From assembly GCA_000830275.1 (NCBI GenBank), contig CP010424.1, forward strand, positions 1,140,001 through 1,172,000: 32,000 nt of DNA, in the 5' to 3' direction. Made by a program: the position numbers and the translations under genes. The DNA is from an archaeon GW2011_AR10. Lineage in GTDB: Archaea; Iainarchaeota; Iainarchaeia; Iainarchaeales; GW2011-AR10. The notes below the pieces were generated by a model that did not search any database, had not been told where the DNA came from, and was given only the letters and a program-made list of their open reading frames with translations. Below are positions 31,429 to 32,000 of the stretch, in pieces; position 1 is the stretch's first letter, and each line of letters begins with the position of its first letter.

Positions 31429-31516
31429 GCAAAACGCTTAAGTAATTGAACATTGAATTGCGTTTTGCATCTAGCAACCAGCAGCATAAAGTTCAAAAAT
31501 ATAAGCTGTTTGCTAT
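31429..31516. repeat. copy B of the ~88-bp long-range inverted repeat
   Basis: GCAAAACGCTTAAGTAATTGAACATTGAATTGCGTTTTGCATCTAGCAACCAGCAGCATAAAGTTCAAAAATATAAGCTGTTTGCTAT matches the reverse complement of 17753-17840. It includes a relic of the rpiB 3' end (KTLK-stop) with no ORF attached. Confidence 0.85.
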
Positions 31517-31534
31517 ACTTCAATAGGTGAGTTT

Positions 31535-32000
31535 GTGGTTCAGGGTTTTTCAGAGGAACAGAAAAGGATTGCCGTTAGCCTGCTTCACGGCCCGAAAACA
31601 AGCGAGGAGCTAAACAAGCAGCTCAACATTGCATTCAACGAGCTCAACAAAGAGTTAAACGCCATGCTTAAACTGAAAGTAATCACTAAAAGCGGTTACC
31701 CTCTCCGTTACTCGCTGAAGCCCGAAATTGAGAAAGAGGTCAGGCGCAGAAAGGACCTCTCAGAGGAAGATGACTTCAGGCTGAGAGTAAGAGCCATCGT
31801 TGACGTTCAGACAATTGAAGAGGCACTAGCAAAAAAGTCTTTGGACGAGGTTGAAAAAGCCCTGAGAAAAGACAAGGACTTCACTATTTATGACATAACA
31901 AAGGCAGAGCCAATACAGCAGGGAGAGCACTTCACAAGCTACATGGAGGCAGACCTATCGGTTAAGGACTTCAAGGCACTTGTAAAGCTAATGTACTTTT
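31535..32000 (+). CDS. hypothetical protein with an N-terminal winged-helix-like domain, 3'-truncated by the window edge
   Basis: This ORF is not in the supplied track. Translating from the GTG at 31535 gives 155 codons with no stop up to nt 32000. The in-frame stop upstream is at 31502-31504. SD-like GGTGA lies 4-5 nt upstream of the GTG. EEQKRIAVSLLHGPKTSEELNKQLNIAFNELNKELNAMLKLKVITKSGYPLRYSL looks like a wHTH. The C-terminal part is unassigned. Confidence 0.55.
   Translation, partial: MVQGFSEEQKRIAVSLLHGPKTSEELNKQLNIAFNELNKELNAMLKLKVITKSGYPLRYSLKPEIEKEVRRRKDLSEEDDFRLRVRAIVDVQTIEEALAKKSLDEVEKALRKDKDFTIYDITKAEPIQQGEHFTSYMEADLSVKDFKALVKLMYF

Overview
This is an archaeal chromosomal segment of about 45% G+C with compact gene spacing. 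TATA-like boxes sit about 25-35 nt upstream of many start codons. The archaeal assignment rests on the gene set: LonB, two PCNA paralogs, PriS, PriL, GINS, Csl4, Rpo11/RpoL, S27e, aIF2-alpha, RNase Z, an EndoQ-like nuclease and a Sec11-type signal peptidase. The compact style plus a giant Cys-rich surface protein suggests a small-genome, possibly DPANN-type archaeon, but that is inference only. I recognised no rRNA, tRNA or CRISPR array.

Gene order, left to right:
- MBL-fold hydrolase (partial), sugar nucleotidyltransferase, RNase Z.
- A 1621-aa membrane-anchored mosaic surface protein.
- An AT-rich 1.4-kb island carrying a retropepsin-like protease, a small DUF5678-like partner and a basic coiled-coil protein.
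- lonB interrupted by a 429-aa LAGLIDADG intein.
- DUF373 membrane protein, SPFH/stomatin, SpoIIM-like membrane protein.
- The csl4-rpoL-signal peptidase operon.
- PCNA1, rpiB, PCNA2, a repeat-rich spacer, priL.
- A Ca-type P-type ATPase and a repeat-rich 620-bp spacer.
- The priS-gins-rps27e-eif2a-PAC2 operon.
- A tandem-wHTH regulator, OsmC, an EndoQ-like nuclease, a BofA-like membrane protein and a partial wHTH gene.

Most interesting observations:
1. The low-GC island with the uncharacterised small-protein/aspartic-protease pair, flanked by a dispersed repeat family.
2. Several families of structured non-coding DNA:
   - an ~88-bp inverted repeat bracketing 13.6 kb;
   - a perfect 67-bp direct repeat with nested palindromes between pcna2 and priL;
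   - promoter cores embedded in the loops of 8-11-bp inverted repeats;
   - a MITE-like 228-bp element.
3. The mosaic giant surface protein.
4. A micro-ORF with an SD sequence and a terminator hairpin.

All functional calls come from motif recognition by eye. No database search was run.
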